DNA of 55,769 nucleotides from a bacterium (GCA_014360335.1 JACIXS010000010.1:1-55769), one strand, 5' to 3'; numbered from the stretch's first letter, positions 1-10,373 are shown. Program-made: numbers and translations. Notes: generated by a model from the sequence alone, not told the origin.

Positions 1-483
1 TATGGCTATAGCAGCAGAACTCGCTAAAGCGGTAAGAAACTCTACTTCGCTCTTGGTAAAGGTATGTAGCTTTTCTGTGTATACCCTCATAACTCCTATT
101 ATTCTGTCTTTAAGTTGTAGTGGAACACAGAGAACGGACTTTATTCCTTCTTTTTTAGCCTCTTCTGGATATTGAAATCTTGGATCGGTTGTAGCATCCT
201 TAATCTTAACGATGTTACCTTTAAGAACTTCTGAATCAAGAGGACTCTTATCTATCTCTACCGGACCTTTCTTTAGGTAATCTTCACTCAATCCGTAGGC
301 TGAGACTATTCTCAACGTCTTCTTATCCTCATCTATGAGTCTTATAGAGCAAGCCTTAACGCCCATAGTCTTAGCGGTGTTTTCTGTTATTAATTTTAGA
401 ACCTCCTTTAGGTCTAGTGTAGATGTGATAGTCCTAGTTACCTGATATAATGTGTTGTAATACTGCACCTTACCCTTTCTCAT
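1..483 (-). CDS. GAF domain-containing protein, N-terminal 161 aa only (gene runs off the left edge)
   Basis: Own reverse-strand translation from ATG 483..481 (GGGGGTGAGGAG just upstream): MRKGKVQYYNTLYQVTRTITSTLDLKEVLKLITENTAKTMGVKACSIRLIDEDKKTLRIVSAYGLSEDY...SVLCVPLQLKDRIIGVMRVYT. Open to position 1. Pattern typical of GAF sensor domains. Absent from the ORF track because it has no stop in the window. Confidence 0.7.
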   Translation of the reverse strand, partial: MRKGKVQYYNTLYQVTRTITSTLDLKEVLKLITENTAKTMGVKACSIRLIDEDKKTLRIVSAYGLSEDYLKKGPVEIDKSPLDSEVLKGNIVKIKDATTDPRFQYPEEAKKEGIKSVLCVPLQLKDRIIGVMRVYTEKLHTFTKSEVEFLTALASSAAIAI

Positions 484-521
484 CTCCTCACCCCCTCTCT
501 AGGGAATTTTCAAATAATATA

Positions 522-2417
522 TCACAGACTTTGTATCAAGTCTATATATATCGTCCCTTGGTTCTTTCTCTCCTCCTTTAATTGTACTAGATAAATTTGG
601 AGTAGCTCTAGAGGGTATTCTAATCTAGTATTTCTGTCTCCAGTAAATACCTCTAAGCTAGAAAGGTCTAACTCTATATATCGCCATCCTTCCCAATCTA
701 TCCCCTTAGTGGCAGATGTAAAATTCCCAACCCATAACCTTCCACTACTATCTCTAAAGAGACCTCTCAACCAATGTCCACTATCATCGCCATATACATA
801 AAGACTTACTTTTTTACTATCTTTAGGTATTGGGATATTGAGGTTTATGTATATAAAACTAGGGCCAATTTTACTTAAGGAATAATCTAATCTTAGAGCT
901 TTCTTTCCACTTACACTTTGAGAATCTGAGATAGATACCTTTGTTAGGTTTAGGTCAAATCCACTCCCAGAGATAGAGAGTAAGAAGCTATTCTCGAAAT
1001 CTTCTAATACTTTGGAGACCTTTTGTGAAGGGATAATAATAACTTCAGATTCTGCCATTAGCCCATTAAGGGTGGCGGTTATCTTTCCACTACTACTAGT
1101 CTGGGCATAAAATATACCATCTTTTGAGATTGAACCAGTCAATCCTTCTAGCTTCCATATAACCTTTTCTTGGTCTATAGGGAATATGTTTCCGTATATA
1201 TCTTGTAAGAGTAAAGTAAAGTTGTAAGTTTCTCCCTCCTTTATAATTAACCTTTTTGGATGTAAGGAGAGTATCCTAGGTTCTCCTTTTGACATTATGG
1301 TTTTTACAATGATAGCATTGGGTATAGGCCTTTCACGTCCATCTGATGGATTGTTCATCGTTTTTTCATTAATTACTATTTGACTGGAGCCTCCTCCATC
1401 TAATGTTAAGGCATCTCTCATCCCAATGCTTTTTAAATAGTTAGCTAGCTCTACATATGTCATCCCTTCACTTTTTGGATTTCTACCATCAACCACTATA
1501 AGGTAGACCTTGCCACTATTATCTATAGCTATCGCTGTAAGTGGATTCTTTTTGTCCGTTACCTCTTTTGGTAAGGGTAATTCTCCTGTAGCATTAAAGA
1601 CTATATTGCCATCTTTTAATAGTATAGCTCCCCCACCTATCGCTTGAGATATATCAATAGATGGGGTTAATCTTGTTGCTATCTTTATCTCTTCTCCTTG
1701 TTTTAGATAGGGAAGATAAGAGAGCGCTCTTCCACCTAGAGATAGAATACCACCAGATTTAGGGATCGGAGAACTAGTAACCCCATAGTATATATTCCCT
1801 ATTTTAGCGGTGATCACCCCAGAGCTGGGTAAAACTTGAGAGAAGTCTAATAATTCTATGTCTATCCCTGCTAGAGCATTGGTAGATATTGAGGTGTTCT
1901 TACCGAACCTAGTTGTAAATAGTACTGCCTCGTTTGCTCCTCTTGGCATATTCAGATTATTTATAGGTATAATCCCATACTGTGTTTCTATACTGATACT
2001 AAGGTCAAACATAGAGATGATCGGCTGTCCGTTTTTTGTTATAGCAAATATACCCCTTGATATTGGTGGTTTAATAAGTTCTCCATTACTTACCATAAGA
2101 TTTATTATCATTCCCGTTGTTGGATCAAAGAAGTCTCCATTTATCGCTAATGTAGCTTTATTTTTCCTAGCTATAGAGCTTAATGTCTCTCTCTGCATAA
2201 GAGAATCGTTAGCCAAAACAGTTTCCAACTGTATAAATGGGCTTGTCAGGTCTAACTCTACAGTATGAATAGTTAAAGGTGGGGTATCCGTCCTGGTTAG
2301 TGAATAGTTTATCCCAGGAGCTATAAGAATCTGGTCAAATAAGCTCTGAGCATAAAGATTAGGTAATAAGAATAGTGTTAAAAGGGCTGTTACTATTCCT
2401 ACTCTATGAACTCTCAT
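522..2417 (-). CDS. Secreted phosphodiester glycosidase (NAGPA/DUF2233-like) with Ig-like (Big_2-like) and C-terminal carbohydrate-binding-like domains
   Basis: 631-aa ORF. N-terminal signal-like segment VGIVTALLTLFLLPNLYAQS. LTLDGGGSSQ motif typical of the DUF2233/NAGPA fold. Beta-rich C-terminal half. Confidence 0.6.
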   Translation of the reverse strand: MRVHRVGIVTALLTLFLLPNLYAQSLFDQILIAPGINYSLTRTDTPPLTIHTVELDLTSPFIQLETVLANDSLMQRETLSSIARKNKATLAINGDFFDPTTGMIINLMVSNGELIKPPISRGIFAITKNGQPIISMFDLSISIETQYGIIPINNLNMPRGANEAVLFTTRFGKNTSISTNALAGIDIELLDFSQVLPSSGVITAKIGNIYYGVTSSPIPKSGGILSLGGRALSYLPYLKQGEEIKIATRLTPSIDISQAIGGGAILLKDGNIVFNATGELPLPKEVTDKKNPLTAIAIDNSGKVYLIVVDGRNPKSEGMTYVELANYLKSIGMRDALTLDGGGSSQIVINEKTMNNPSDGRERPIPNAIIVKTIMSKGEPRILSLHPKRLIIKEGETYNFTLLLQDIYGNIFPIDQEKVIWKLEGLTGSISKDGIFYAQTSSSGKITATLNGLMAESEVIIIPSQKVSKVLEDFENSFLLSISGSGFDLNLTKVSISDSQSVSGKKALRLDYSLSKIGPSFIYINLNIPIPKDSKKVSLYVYGDDSGHWLRGLFRDSSGRLWVGNFTSATKGIDWEGWRYIELDLSSLEVFTGDRNTRLEYPLELLQIYLVQLKEERKNQGTIYIDLIQSL

Positions 2418-2424
2418 TATGTAT

Positions 2425-3666
2425 TTAGACTATCCCTATGTCTTTATAGAATAGAGGATAAGCCTCACATAAAGCCCTTACTCTATTCTTTAGAACCTCT
2501 TTATCCTCTTCTTTCCTTAGACATTTAGCTATTATATCTCCGATCTCTCTCATCTCTTCTTCTTTCATTCCCCTAGTTGTTACCGCTGGTGTTCCAAGTC
2601 TTATACCACTAGTAATTGTAGGTGGTTGAGGATCAAATGGTATAACGTTCTTATTTACGGTAATACCTATCTCCTCTAGTAATTTCTCTGCCTCTTTTCC
2701 TGTTAACCCAAAAGGCCTCACATCTACCAACATAAGGTGATTATCTGTCCCTCCTGAGACTAATCTCAAACCATTTGCTAGTAAGGTTTCCGCTAAGACT
2801 CTAGCATTTTTTACTATCTGGTTTTGATAGTTTCTAAATTCAGGAGACATTGCCTCTTTTAATGCTACTGCCTTCGCCGCTATGATATGCATAAGCGGAC
2901 CTCCCTGAGTCCCAGGGAATATTGCTCTGTCTATGTCTTTAGCATAATTAGCCTTACAGAGTATAAGTCCACTTCTTGGGCCTCTTAAGGTTTTGTGAGT
3001 AGTGGTTGTTACAAATTCTGCCCAGGGAACAGGACTCGGATGTATCTCTGCAGCTACTAAACCTGCTATATGTGCCATATCAACCATCAGTAGAGCGCCC
3101 ACCTCTTTAGCTATCTGTGAGAATTTCTCAAAGTCTATGACTCTAGGGTAGGCACTGGCTCCTGCTACTATCAATTTGGGCTTACTCTCCTTAGCTATAT
3201 CCCTGACCTGGTCATAGTCTATGGTCTCAGTCTCTGGATTTACGCCATAGGAAACAAATTTGAAGTATTTCCCAGATATGTTAACTGGGCTACCATGGGT
3301 GAGATGTCCACCATGGGATAAATTCATCCCCAGCACGGTATCACCAGGATTTAAAACCGCAAAGTATACAGCCATATTTGCCTGCGAACCTGAGTGAGGC
3401 TGAACGTTAGCGTGTTCAGCCTTGAAGAGAGCCTTAGCTCTATCTATTGCTAGTTGTTCTACTACATCAACCCATTGACAGCCTCCATAGTATCTCCTTT
3501 TTGGATAGCCTTCAGCATATTTATTTGTGAGTAAGGAGCCTTGGGCCTCTAATACCGCAAGACTGGTAAAATTCTCACTAGCGATTAACTCTAAGGTTGT
3601 CTCCTCTCTTATCCTCTCGCCCTTTATAGCATTGAATATCTCAGGGTCTACTACTTCTAAATACAT
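2425..3666 (-). CDS. glyA: Serine hydroxymethyltransferase
   Basis: 413 aa. [23 protein letters not shown] and [14 protein letters not shown] (PLP lysine) motifs. Confidence 0.97.
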   Translation of the reverse strand: MYLEVVDPEIFNAIKGERIREETTLELIASENFTSLAVLEAQGSLLTNKYAEGYPKRRYYGGCQWVDVVEQLAIDRAKALFKAEHANVQPHSGSQANMAVYFAVLNPGDTVLGMNLSHGGHLTHGSPVNISGKYFKFVSYGVNPETETIDYDQVRDIAKESKPKLIVAGASAYPRVIDFEKFSQIAKEVGALLMVDMAHIAGLVAAEIHPSPVPWAEFVTTTTHKTLRGPRSGLILCKANYAKDIDRAIFPGTQGGPLMHIIAAKAVALKEAMSPEFRNYQNQIVKNARVLAETLLANGLRLVSGGTDNHLMLVDVRPFGLTGKEAEKLLEEIGITVNKNVIPFDPQPPTITSGIRLGTPAVTTRGMKEEEMREIGDIIAKCLRKEEDKEVLKNRVRALCEAYPLFYKDIGIV

Positions 3667-4106
3667 TTCAATCCCTCCATTTCTCCTATCTTTTCTACTC
3701 TTCTCTGATGCCTTCCTCCTAAGAAAGGAGTCTCTAGGAAGATCCTAACCGCCTCCTTAGCAACCTCAACGCCAATGATTCTTGCCCCTAGAGTAAGAAT
3801 ATTGGCATCGTTATGCTCCCTAGAGAGCTTCACAGAGAGTAGCTCATTACCAACGGCCGCCCTTATCCCTTTAACCTTATTAGCTGATATACTCATCCCT
3901 ATTCCTGTTCCACATATAAGAATTCCTCTATCTACCTCTCCCTTTACTACACTTAAAGCAACCTCTTTAGCTATATCTGGATAATCCACGGATTCTTCTG
4001 AGTGGCATCCAAAATCCTTTACCTCTATGTTTAGAGACGCTATGTAAGTTTTCAATTCCTCTTTTAACTTAAAGCCTGCATGGTCACTCCCGATAGCTAC
4101 CTTCAT
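3657..4106 (-). CDS. rpiB: Ribose-5-phosphate isomerase B
   Basis: 149 aa. [16 protein letters not shown] start and [16 protein letters not shown] motif. Overlaps glyA start by 10 nt. Confidence 0.95.
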   Translation of the reverse strand: MKVAIGSDHAGFKLKEELKTYIASLNIEVKDFGCHSEESVDYPDIAKEVALSVVKGEVDRGILICGTGIGMSISANKVKGIRAAVGNELLSVKLSREHNDANILTLGARIIGVEVAKEAVRIFLETPFLGGRHQRRVEKIGEMEGLKCI

Positions 4107-4741
4107 AATCCCTCCATATTTTTCCTAAGATTTAACTCACTTATTATATCCTCTAAAAGTTTTCTATCTACTGGTCCTTCTCTTATAATCTCTATATTAC
4201 CGCTAGAAATATTCACCACTGTAGAGGGTCTACCAAAGGTAACTGGACCCCAATCTAGTATTGCATCAATCTTATCTCCTAACATCCTTATTACATCTTC
4301 TGCACTCTTAGGTTCTTCGCTTCCTGATATATTTGCACTAGTGGCAACTACTGGAACTTTAGCTAATCTTAAGAGCTTTTGACAGATAGGTAGGGAAGGG
4401 AATCTTACACCTAATGTATCCCCCTTTCCTATCCATTCTGGGATATTACTTTTCTTCTTAGCTATTATATTTATCGGTCCAGGGAAAAACTGAAGTAATA
4501 ATCTTTTGGTAAGAAAGTCTAGTTCAACTATGTCCTCTAGGTTTTCTAGTGTGCCTATATGTAAGCTTAATGGCTTCTCCTCTTTTCTTCCCTTTACCTC
4601 GTAGATCTTATATACGCTTTCTTTCATAAATGCATTAGTTCCTAAACCATATACAGTTTCGGTAGGGAATGCTACAAGCTTTCCCTCTCTTAGAAGTTCC
4701 GCAAGGACTTCTATTCTATTTTCATCTTTTATAATAAGCAT
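4103..4741 (-). CDS. tsaC: L-threonylcarbamoyladenylate synthase (YwlC/Sua5 family)
   Basis: 212 aa. AFPTETVYGLG and VATSANISG motifs. ATGA overlap with rpiB. Confidence 0.9.
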   Translation of the reverse strand: MLIIKDENRIEVLAELLREGKLVAFPTETVYGLGTNAFMKESVYKIYEVKGRKEEKPLSLHIGTLENLEDIVELDFLTKRLLLQFFPGPINIIAKKKSNIPEWIGKGDTLGVRFPSLPICQKLLRLAKVPVVATSANISGSEEPKSAEDVIRMLGDKIDAILDWGPVTFGRPSTVVNISSGNIEIIREGPVDRKLLEDIISELNLRKNMEGL

Positions 4742-4742
4742 A

Positions 4743-5576
4743 CTATCGCTTTTTCCCCCATATTACTCTAGGTAAACCTGCTAGGTCTTCTCTTATATGT
4801 ATCTCTTTGATATTGTAACTTGAAAAGATTTCTTTTACCTTATTTACCTGTTCCTTTCCTCCTATCTCGACAGCAAATAATCCACCATCTACTAAATTCT
4901 TAGAGATAATCCTAGCTATCTCAGGATAAAAGATTAGACCATCTTCTCCGCCGAGGAGTGCTTCCTTTGGCTCCTGTCTTACCTCTGGGTCTAGGGAATC
5001 CCACATAGATGCAGGGAGATAAGGAGGGTTTGCAACTATAAGGTCAAAACTCTCCTCTAATAAAAGACCCTTGATATCTGCTTTTAAAAATCTACACCTT
5101 TCTAAAAGTTCTAGTCTCTTAGCGTTTATAGTTGCTACTTCTATGCTCTTGCTAGATATATCTATCCCTAAAAGTTTTTGGCAAGTTCCCTTATAAAGGA
5201 TAGTTAGTCCTATAACACCGCTCCCACAGAAAAGGTCAAGACCCTTTATAAAGGGACCTTCTTCTAAAACTATCTCTACTATGGTCTCAGTTTCGGGTCT
5301 AGGAATTAAGACTCCTTCCTCTATAAAGAAATTGATACCAAAGAATTCCTTCTCTTTCTTAAGGTATGCATACGGAATACCAGAGAGTCTCTTATCAACT
5401 AACTCTTTTATCCTTTCTATTTCCTCTTTGGATAATTCTAATTCCTGATGAGCTAAGATATACTCCTTGGGTTTATCTAAACCTAAGGAAAGGATAAGGA
5501 CAGCTTCAAGTTGACTATTAGGAAACTTATCTTTGAATAATTTGAAGACCTCTCTATAGACATTCCCTAGTGTCAT
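4743..5576 (-). CDS. prmC: Release factor glutamine N5-methyltransferase
   Basis: 277 aa. [13 protein letters not shown]-binding motif and IVANPPYLP (NPPY). Directly downstream of prfA with ATGA overlap. Confidence 0.92.
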   Translation of the reverse strand: MTLGNVYREVFKLFKDKFPNSQLEAVLILSLGLDKPKEYILAHQELELSKEEIERIKELVDKRLSGIPYAYLKKEKEFFGINFFIEEGVLIPRPETETIVEIVLEEGPFIKGLDLFCGSGVIGLTILYKGTCQKLLGIDISSKSIEVATINAKRLELLERCRFLKADIKGLLLEESFDLIVANPPYLPASMWDSLDPEVRQEPKEALLGGEDGLIFYPEIARIISKNLVDGGLFAVEIGGKEQVNKVKEIFSSYNIKEIHIREDLAGLPRVIWGKKR

Positions 5577-6640
5577 TTAGCAAGTGAAAGATTCTTTAGT
5601 TGTTCTACTTGATGCTCTCTTATAAGGGCATCTATAATTTCATCTAGGTCTCCATCTAGTACATCCTGTAGATTGTAAAGTGTTAATCCTATTCTATGGT
5701 CTGTAACTCTATTTTGAGGGAAGTTGTAAGTTCTTATCTTTTCACTTCTTTCTCCAGAGCCAACCTGACTCCTTCTAAGTTCAGTCTCTTCTTTCTCTCT
5801 TTCCCTCTCCTTAATCTCTAAGAGATGAGCTCTCAATATCTTTAATGCCTTCTCTTTATTTTGATACTGAGACCTCTCATCCTGACAGGTAACAACTATA
5901 CCTGTCGGAATATGGGTAATCCTTACTGCGGTCTCCACCTTATTGACGTTTTGTCCACCGTGCCCACCTGCTCTAAATGTATCTATCTTTAGGTCTTCAG
6001 GCTTTATCTCTATTTCTATCTCTGTTGCCTCAGGTAGTATGGCTACAGTAGCGGTAGATGTATGTATCCTTCCGCTAGACTCCGTTATAGGGACCCTTTG
6101 AACCCTATGGACTCCGCTCTCAAACTTTAGTCTACTATATGCACCTTTCCCTTGGATAGAGACTATGACCTCTTTGTATCCACCTAAGTCGGTAGGGTTA
6201 CTACTCATTATCTCTGCTTTCCAGCCCTTACGTTCTACATACCTTAGATACATCCTAAGGAGGTCTCCGGCAAAAAGTGCAGCTTCTTCTCCCCCTGTTC
6301 CTGCCCTTATCTCCATAATGACATTTCTCTCATCTCTATAGTCCTTTGGTAGTAACTTAATCTTAAGTTCTTCTTCTAACCTTTCTCTCTTTTCTTCTAG
6401 CTTCTCTAATTCCTCCTCTGCCATAGGACCGAGGTCAGGGTCATCTAAAAGGGACTTTAGGTCATTTATCTCTTTCTCTACCTGTTTATATTCCCTATAG
6501 ATGCCAACAATCTCTCCAAGTTCACTATACGTCTTGGCAAGTTCTTGGAATAATTCTTGATTCACTATTACCTCTGGCTTAGCCAAAGATATCTCTAACT
6601 CTATGTATTTCTTTTCTATCTCTTCTAACTTATCCCACAT
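5573..6640 (-). CDS. prfA: Peptide chain release factor 1
   Basis: GGQ motif ([16 protein letters not shown]) and RF1-type PxT tripeptide ([10 protein letters not shown]). I place the start at ATG 6640 (MWDKLEE) because the GTG at 6649 used by the ORF track lies inside the SD AGAGGGTG. Confidence 0.95.
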   Translation of the reverse strand: MWDKLEEIEKKYIELEISLAKPEVIVNQELFQELAKTYSELGEIVGIYREYKQVEKEINDLKSLLDDPDLGPMAEEELEKLEEKRERLEEELKIKLLPKDYRDERNVIMEIRAGTGGEEAALFAGDLLRMYLRYVERKGWKAEIMSSNPTDLGGYKEVIVSIQGKGAYSRLKFESGVHRVQRVPITESSGRIHTSTATVAILPEATEIEIEIKPEDLKIDTFRAGGHGGQNVNKVETAVRITHIPTGIVVTCQDERSQYQNKEKALKILRAHLLEIKEREREKEETELRRSQVGSGERSEKIRTYNFPQNRVTDHRIGLTLYNLQDVLDGDLDEIIDALIREHQVEQLKNLSLAK

Positions 6641-7496
6641 CTGAAACACCCTCTAATGATAATACAGACTTCACCGCCTCAATAGCTACTTCAATCTGAT
6701 CGGGGGTTGGCTCCCTAGTAGTAAGATACTGAAGAGCTAGTCCAGGAGATACTATGAACTTTGCCAGCTTTGAATCCCTATACTTAGATGTTAGGCGAAT
6801 CATCTCGTAGGATATCCCTGCTACTAAAGGAATTAACGCTATCCTGGAAACTATTCTTAGTAATAGTGTCTGTTTTCCTAAGATAGAGAAGACTAAGATA
6901 CTGACAACCATAACTATTAGTAGGAAGCTAGTTCCACATCTAGGGTGTAATCTGCTGTTCTTTATAGCGTTATCTACGGTAAGAGGTTCTCCTTTCTCAT
7001 ATGTGAATATCACCTTGTGTTCTGCTCCATGATACTCAAAGACCCTTCTGATATCTTTTATAAAAGAGAAGGAGTATAGATATATGAGGAATACACCAAT
7101 CCTTACTAAGCCTTCTAGTATATTGACTAAAAATGCTGACTGTATACTATTCTGCAGTATCCTTGCTATAGAAGCCGGAAAGACAATAAATAATAGTATA
7201 CCTAATCCTATCCCCATGGCCATAGCAAAAAATATATCCTTATTAGAGAGTTTTATCTCTTCACCGCCATACTCTTCAGCTGAGATATTAAGTGCCTTTA
7301 TCCCTAAAACAAGACTATCTATCAGAGCCATAAATCCTCTTAAAATTGGGATTTTACCAATTTTACCATTCGTTATACTCTTGGTATTAAATTTGTGGAC
7401 CTTAACCCCATTTGATTGGGTTCTTACAGCTACACTAAAACTATTTGGTCCTCTCATCATCACACCTTCTATTACCGCTTGCCCACCTATCTGCAT
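6630..7496 (-). CDS. DUF1385 (YqhQ-like) membrane protein
   Basis: 288 aa. [16 protein letters not shown] start and YHGAEHK motif typical of DUF1385. Several TM segments. Confidence 0.8.
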   Translation of the reverse strand: MQIGGQAVIEGVMMRGPNSFSVAVRTQSNGVKVHKFNTKSITNGKIGKIPILRGFMALIDSLVLGIKALNISAEEYGGEEIKLSNKDIFFAMAMGIGLGILLFIVFPASIARILQNSIQSAFLVNILEGLVRIGVFLIYLYSFSFIKDIRRVFEYHGAEHKVIFTYEKGEPLTVDNAIKNSRLHPRCGTSFLLIVMVVSILVFSILGKQTLLLRIVSRIALIPLVAGISYEMIRLTSKYRDSKLAKFIVSPGLALQYLTTREPTPDQIEVAIEAVKSVLSLEGVSDVG

Positions 7497-7497
7497 C

Positions 7498-8067
7498 TTA
7501 CTTCCTCCTTCTTACTATGTGGTGCTCTCTGCATCTAGCCTCATATACATCTTCTGCTCCTATAAGTATAGTTGGATCGTCGTAATATGCTGGTTCACCA
7601 TTTATCAATCTCTGGGTTCTACTGGCAGGCTTACCACAAACCATACATATAGCTTGAAGTTTATCAATCTTCTCTGCGACTGCTAATAATTTGGGCATTG
7701 GACCAAATGGTTCTCCTCTGAAATCCTGGTCTAATCCTGCTACAATTACCCTCTTCCCATTATCGGCTAACATCTGGCACACATCAACTATCTCATCATC
7801 AAAGAATTGAGCTTCGTCTATAGCTACTACTTGAACATCTGGCAGTAAGAGCTCAAGTATCTCTCGAGCCTCTTTTACACTGTATGCAGAAACCTTATTG
7901 CCGTCATGGGAGACAACAGCCCTGTCTGCATATCTTGTATCTAAAGCTGGCTTAAATACTTGCACCTTCTGACGAGCTATCTCAGCCCTCTTTACCCTCC
8001 TTATTAGTTCCTCACTCTTTCCACTGAACATACTTCCACATATTACTTCTATCCATCCTGTACTCAT
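7498..8067 (-). CDS. tdk: Thymidine kinase
   Basis: P-loop [11 protein letters not shown] plus C-terminal Zn motifs CMVCGK...CREHH. Start placed at ATG 8067 (MSTGWIEVI), matching the usual Tdk N-terminus. The upstream ATG 8091 has no SD and would lie across the predicted -10 element. Confidence 0.9.
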   Translation of the reverse strand: MSTGWIEVICGSMFSGKSEELIRRVKRAEIARQKVQVFKPALDTRYADRAVVSHDGNKVSAYSVKEAREILELLLPDVQVVAIDEAQFFDDEIVDVCQMLADNGKRVIVAGLDQDFRGEPFGPMPKLLAVAEKIDKLQAICMVCGKPASRTQRLINGEPAYYDDPTILIGAEDVYEARCREHHIVRRRK

Positions 8068-8073
8068 AGATTT

Positions 8074-8082
8074 ATTATACCA
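8074..8082 (-). promoter_or_regulatory. Extended -10 element TGGTATAAT for tdk, 6 nt upstream of ATG 8067 (candidate leaderless mRNA)
   Basis: Reverse strand reads ATGGGCATATGGTATAATAAATCTATGAGT. No SD between the -10 and the ATG. Confidence 0.5.
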
Positions 8083-8113
8083 TATGCCCATTTAGTTTTT
8101 ACTTTGTAATAAT

Positions 8114-8238
8114 AGTGGTTTTCTGCAAAGCAAGCACTGAAAGGATATTAATGATTATCCTGTGGATAACTTTACTATTTTTCTACCACTAAAATAACTT
8201 GTGGAAAATTTAAAAATTTTCTTCCACCTAAAAATTTT
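8114..8238. promoter_or_regulatory. Cluster of DnaA-box-like sites and AT-rich direct repeats
   Basis: Perfect TGTGGATAA at 8161-8169, inside the palindrome TTATCC-TGT-GGATAA (8155-8169). TGTGGAAAA at 8200-8208 matches 8/9. Degenerate YCCAC sites at 8181-8189 (TTCTACCAC), 8219-8227 (TTCTTCCAC) and 8114-8122. Exact TAAAAATTTT repeats at 8211-8220 and 8229-8238. Confidence 0.5.
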
Positions 8239-8314
8239 TAGAATGTTTCCATATAGAATTATACAAGATTAATCAAGTCCCAGAGGTGTAGTGAAATATA
8301 AAACTTTATTCACC

Positions 8315-8323
8315 TGCTATAAT
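8315..8323 (+). promoter_or_regulatory. Extended -10 element TGCTATAAT for punA-pdp
   Basis: TGCTATAAT lies 7 nt upstream of the SD GGAGGA (8331-8336) and 17 nt upstream of ATG 8341. The -35 is weak. Confidence 0.5.
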
Positions 8324-8340
8324 TAGAAAAGGAGGATGAT

Positions 8341-9132
8341 ATGAGCAGTGTAGAAGAAGCAATAGAATATCTTACTAGTAAGTATAATTTTAGTCAAAAG
8401 GTAGGTATCATACTGGGTTCTGGACTTGATGTCTTTAATCAATCTATTTTGTTTTCTATAGACTATAGAGAAATTCCTAATATGCCGCTCTCAACGGTTC
8501 CAGGGCATAGAGGAAGGCTTGATGTGGTTAGGGTTGAGGATACTAGTGTTATCATTATGAGAGGAAGGTATCATCTCTATGAAGGATACTCATCTAAAGA
8601 TGTAGTGTTTCCTATAGAGGTTCTTAAGGGTCTAGGGGTAGACATTTTAGCTATAACAAATGCTAGCGGAGGAATAAACGAAGCTTACGTTCCAGGGGAT
8701 ATAATGCTTATAAAGGACCATATTAACCTTACAGGAGAGAATCCTCTTGTTGGGGGTCCTAATTTTGTAGATATGAAGAATGCCTATTCTCACAGATTAA
8801 GAGAACAGTTAAAAGAGATTGGAAAGGAAGTTGGTATAGAACTTAAAGAGGGGGTTTATGTTGGAGTAAAGGGACCGACTTATGAGACTCCAGCTGAGAT
8901 AAGATTCTTTAGGACTATTGGTGGAGATGCGGTTGGTATGTCTACAGTATTAGAGGTTATAAAGGCTAGGAGCTTAGGGATAGAGGTCGTTGGAATATCT
9001 AGCATAACAAATGTCCATAAAGACGAATTATCCTCAGTAACACATGAAGAGGTATTGGAGATGGGGAAGAAGATAAGTAAAAAACTAGAAATCTTGTTGA
9101 AAGAATGGATAAGAAGAGGTATAAGGAGATGA
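8341..9132 (+). CDS. punA: Purine nucleoside phosphorylase (trimeric PNP-I type)
   Basis: 263 aa. GIILGSGL, VPGHRGRL, ITNASGGIN and GDAVGMSTV motifs. Confidence 0.9.
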   Translation: MSSVEEAIEYLTSKYNFSQKVGIILGSGLDVFNQSILFSIDYREIPNMPLSTVPGHRGRLDVVRVEDTSVIIMRGRYHLYEGYSSKDVVFPIEVLKGLGVDILAITNASGGINEAYVPGDIMLIKDHINLTGENPLVGGPNFVDMKNAYSHRLREQLKEIGKEVGIELKEGVYVGVKGPTYETPAEIRFFRTIGGDAVGMSTVLEVIKARSLGIEVVGISSITNVHKDELSSVTHEEVLEMGKKISKKLEILLKEWIRRGIRR

Positions 9133-10373
9133 ATGCTATAGATATTATCATTAAAAAGAGAGATGGAAATACCTTAACGAAAGAAGAGATAGAGTTCTTT
9201 ATAGATAGGTTTTATAAGAAAGAGATAAAGGACTACCAGATGAGCGCATGGCTTATGGCATCCTTTATAAGGGGTTTATCAAAAGAGGAGACACAGCATC
9301 TCATCTCTGCTATATTAGCAACGGGAAAGATACTAGAATGGGATTTTCAGGTTATCGATAAGCATTCAACCGGTGGGGTAGGGGATAAATTAAGTCTAGT
9401 AGTAGTTCCTCTTTTAGCTTCTCTTGGTTTTAAGGTAGCTAAGCTTTCTGGTAGAGGGCTTGGACATACAGGAGGAACTATAGACAAGTTAGAGTCCATC
9501 CCTGGGTTTAGAACAAACATCAGCCTAGAGAAATTTAAAGAACTAGTAGAAAAGATAGGCTGTAGTATAATAAGTCAGACTGAAGATCTTGTCCCAGTTG
9601 AAAAAGAGATATACTCTTTGAGGGATGTTACAGGAACGGTAGATAGTATCCCCCTTATAACTAGTAGTATCCTCAGTAAGAAGATAGCTGGAGGGGCAAG
9701 GACAATAATATTTGATGTTAAGGTAGGTTCAGGTGCCTTTATGAAAGATATAAAGGATGCAGAGGAACTTACCTCTTGGTTGATAGAGATAGGGAAATCC
9801 TTTGGTAGAGATGTAAAGGCAGTTATATCGGATATGGACCAACCTCTTGGCTTTGCAGTTGGTAATCTTTTAGAGGTCATTGAGGCAATAGAGACTTTAA
9901 AATGTAACGGTCCTAGAGACCTTGAAGAGCTAGCTATAGAGATTGTAGGAACTGTAGCATCAAAAGATTTGGCAAGAGAGGTGTTAAGAAACGGCAGTGC
10001 TTTTAGGAAATTTAACGAGATGATAGAGGCACAAGGCGGAGATATTAGTAATCTGAGCCCGTCAGCTAAGATATATAACTTTTCTATCCAAGACTCTGGA
10101 TATGTAGAACGTCTAGATGCATATCTTATAGGAGAATCAGTTAGGGTTTTAGGTGCAGGAAGATATCGAAAGGAAGATACTATAGACCCGAACGTAGGAA
10201 TAGTGCTTAAGAAGAAGATAGGAGACTACGTAGAAAAGGGAGAAACCATCTTAGAGGTATACTATAACAGCGAGGATAAGTTAAAAGATAGTATAGAGCT
10301 TATAAAAGAGGCTATATCGATAAGTAAAGATGAAGTTAAAAGACGTCCTCTCATCTATTCTGTCTATTCCTGA
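9129..10373 (+). CDS. pdp: Pyrimidine-nucleoside (thymidine) phosphorylase
   Basis: KHSTGGVGDK motif and family-typical N-terminus MNAIDIIIKKRDG. Start at ATG 9129 (ATGA overlap with the punA stop, SD AGAGGT 8 nt upstream). The ORF track start at 9105 is in frame but less likely. Confidence 0.92.
   Translation: MNAIDIIIKKRDGNTLTKEEIEFFIDRFYKKEIKDYQMSAWLMASFIRGLSKEETQHLISAILATGKILEWDFQVIDKHSTGGVGDKLSLVVVPLLASLGFKVAKLSGRGLGHTGGTIDKLESIPGFRTNISLEKFKELVEKIGCSIISQTEDLVPVEKEIYSLRDVTGTVDSIPLITSSILSKKIAGGARTIIFDVKVGSGAFMKDIKDAEELTSWLIEIGKSFGRDVKAVISDMDQPLGFAVGNLLEVIEAIETLKCNGPRDLEELAIEIVGTVASKDLAREVLRNGSAFRKFNEMIEAQGGDISNLSPSAKIYNFSIQDSGYVERLDAYLIGESVRVLGAGRYRKEDTIDPNVGIVLKKKIGDYVEKGETILEVYYNSEDKLKDSIELIKEAISISKDEVKRRPLIYSVYS

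Noticed and set aside
7084-7686. A 200-aa plus-strand ORF spanning the DUF1385/tdk junction. Similar long antisense ORFs occur at 1858-2268, 18431-18868, 24234-24713, 35506-36042 and 39237-39755, among others.
   Set aside because: All lie antisense to confidently identified genes. They have low-complexity S/L/I/P-rich translations, no SD and no recognisable motifs, which is typical of shadow ORFs in AT-rich coding DNA.
8092-8340. Calling this intergenic region the chromosomal origin (oriC).
   Set aside because: Only one perfect and one 8/9 DnaA box are present. No dnaA, dnaN, gidA or parAB lies nearby. Gene orientation does not stay co-directional away from the site, as minus-strand operons resume at 11 kb. 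It is reported as a DnaA-box cluster of uncertain role instead.
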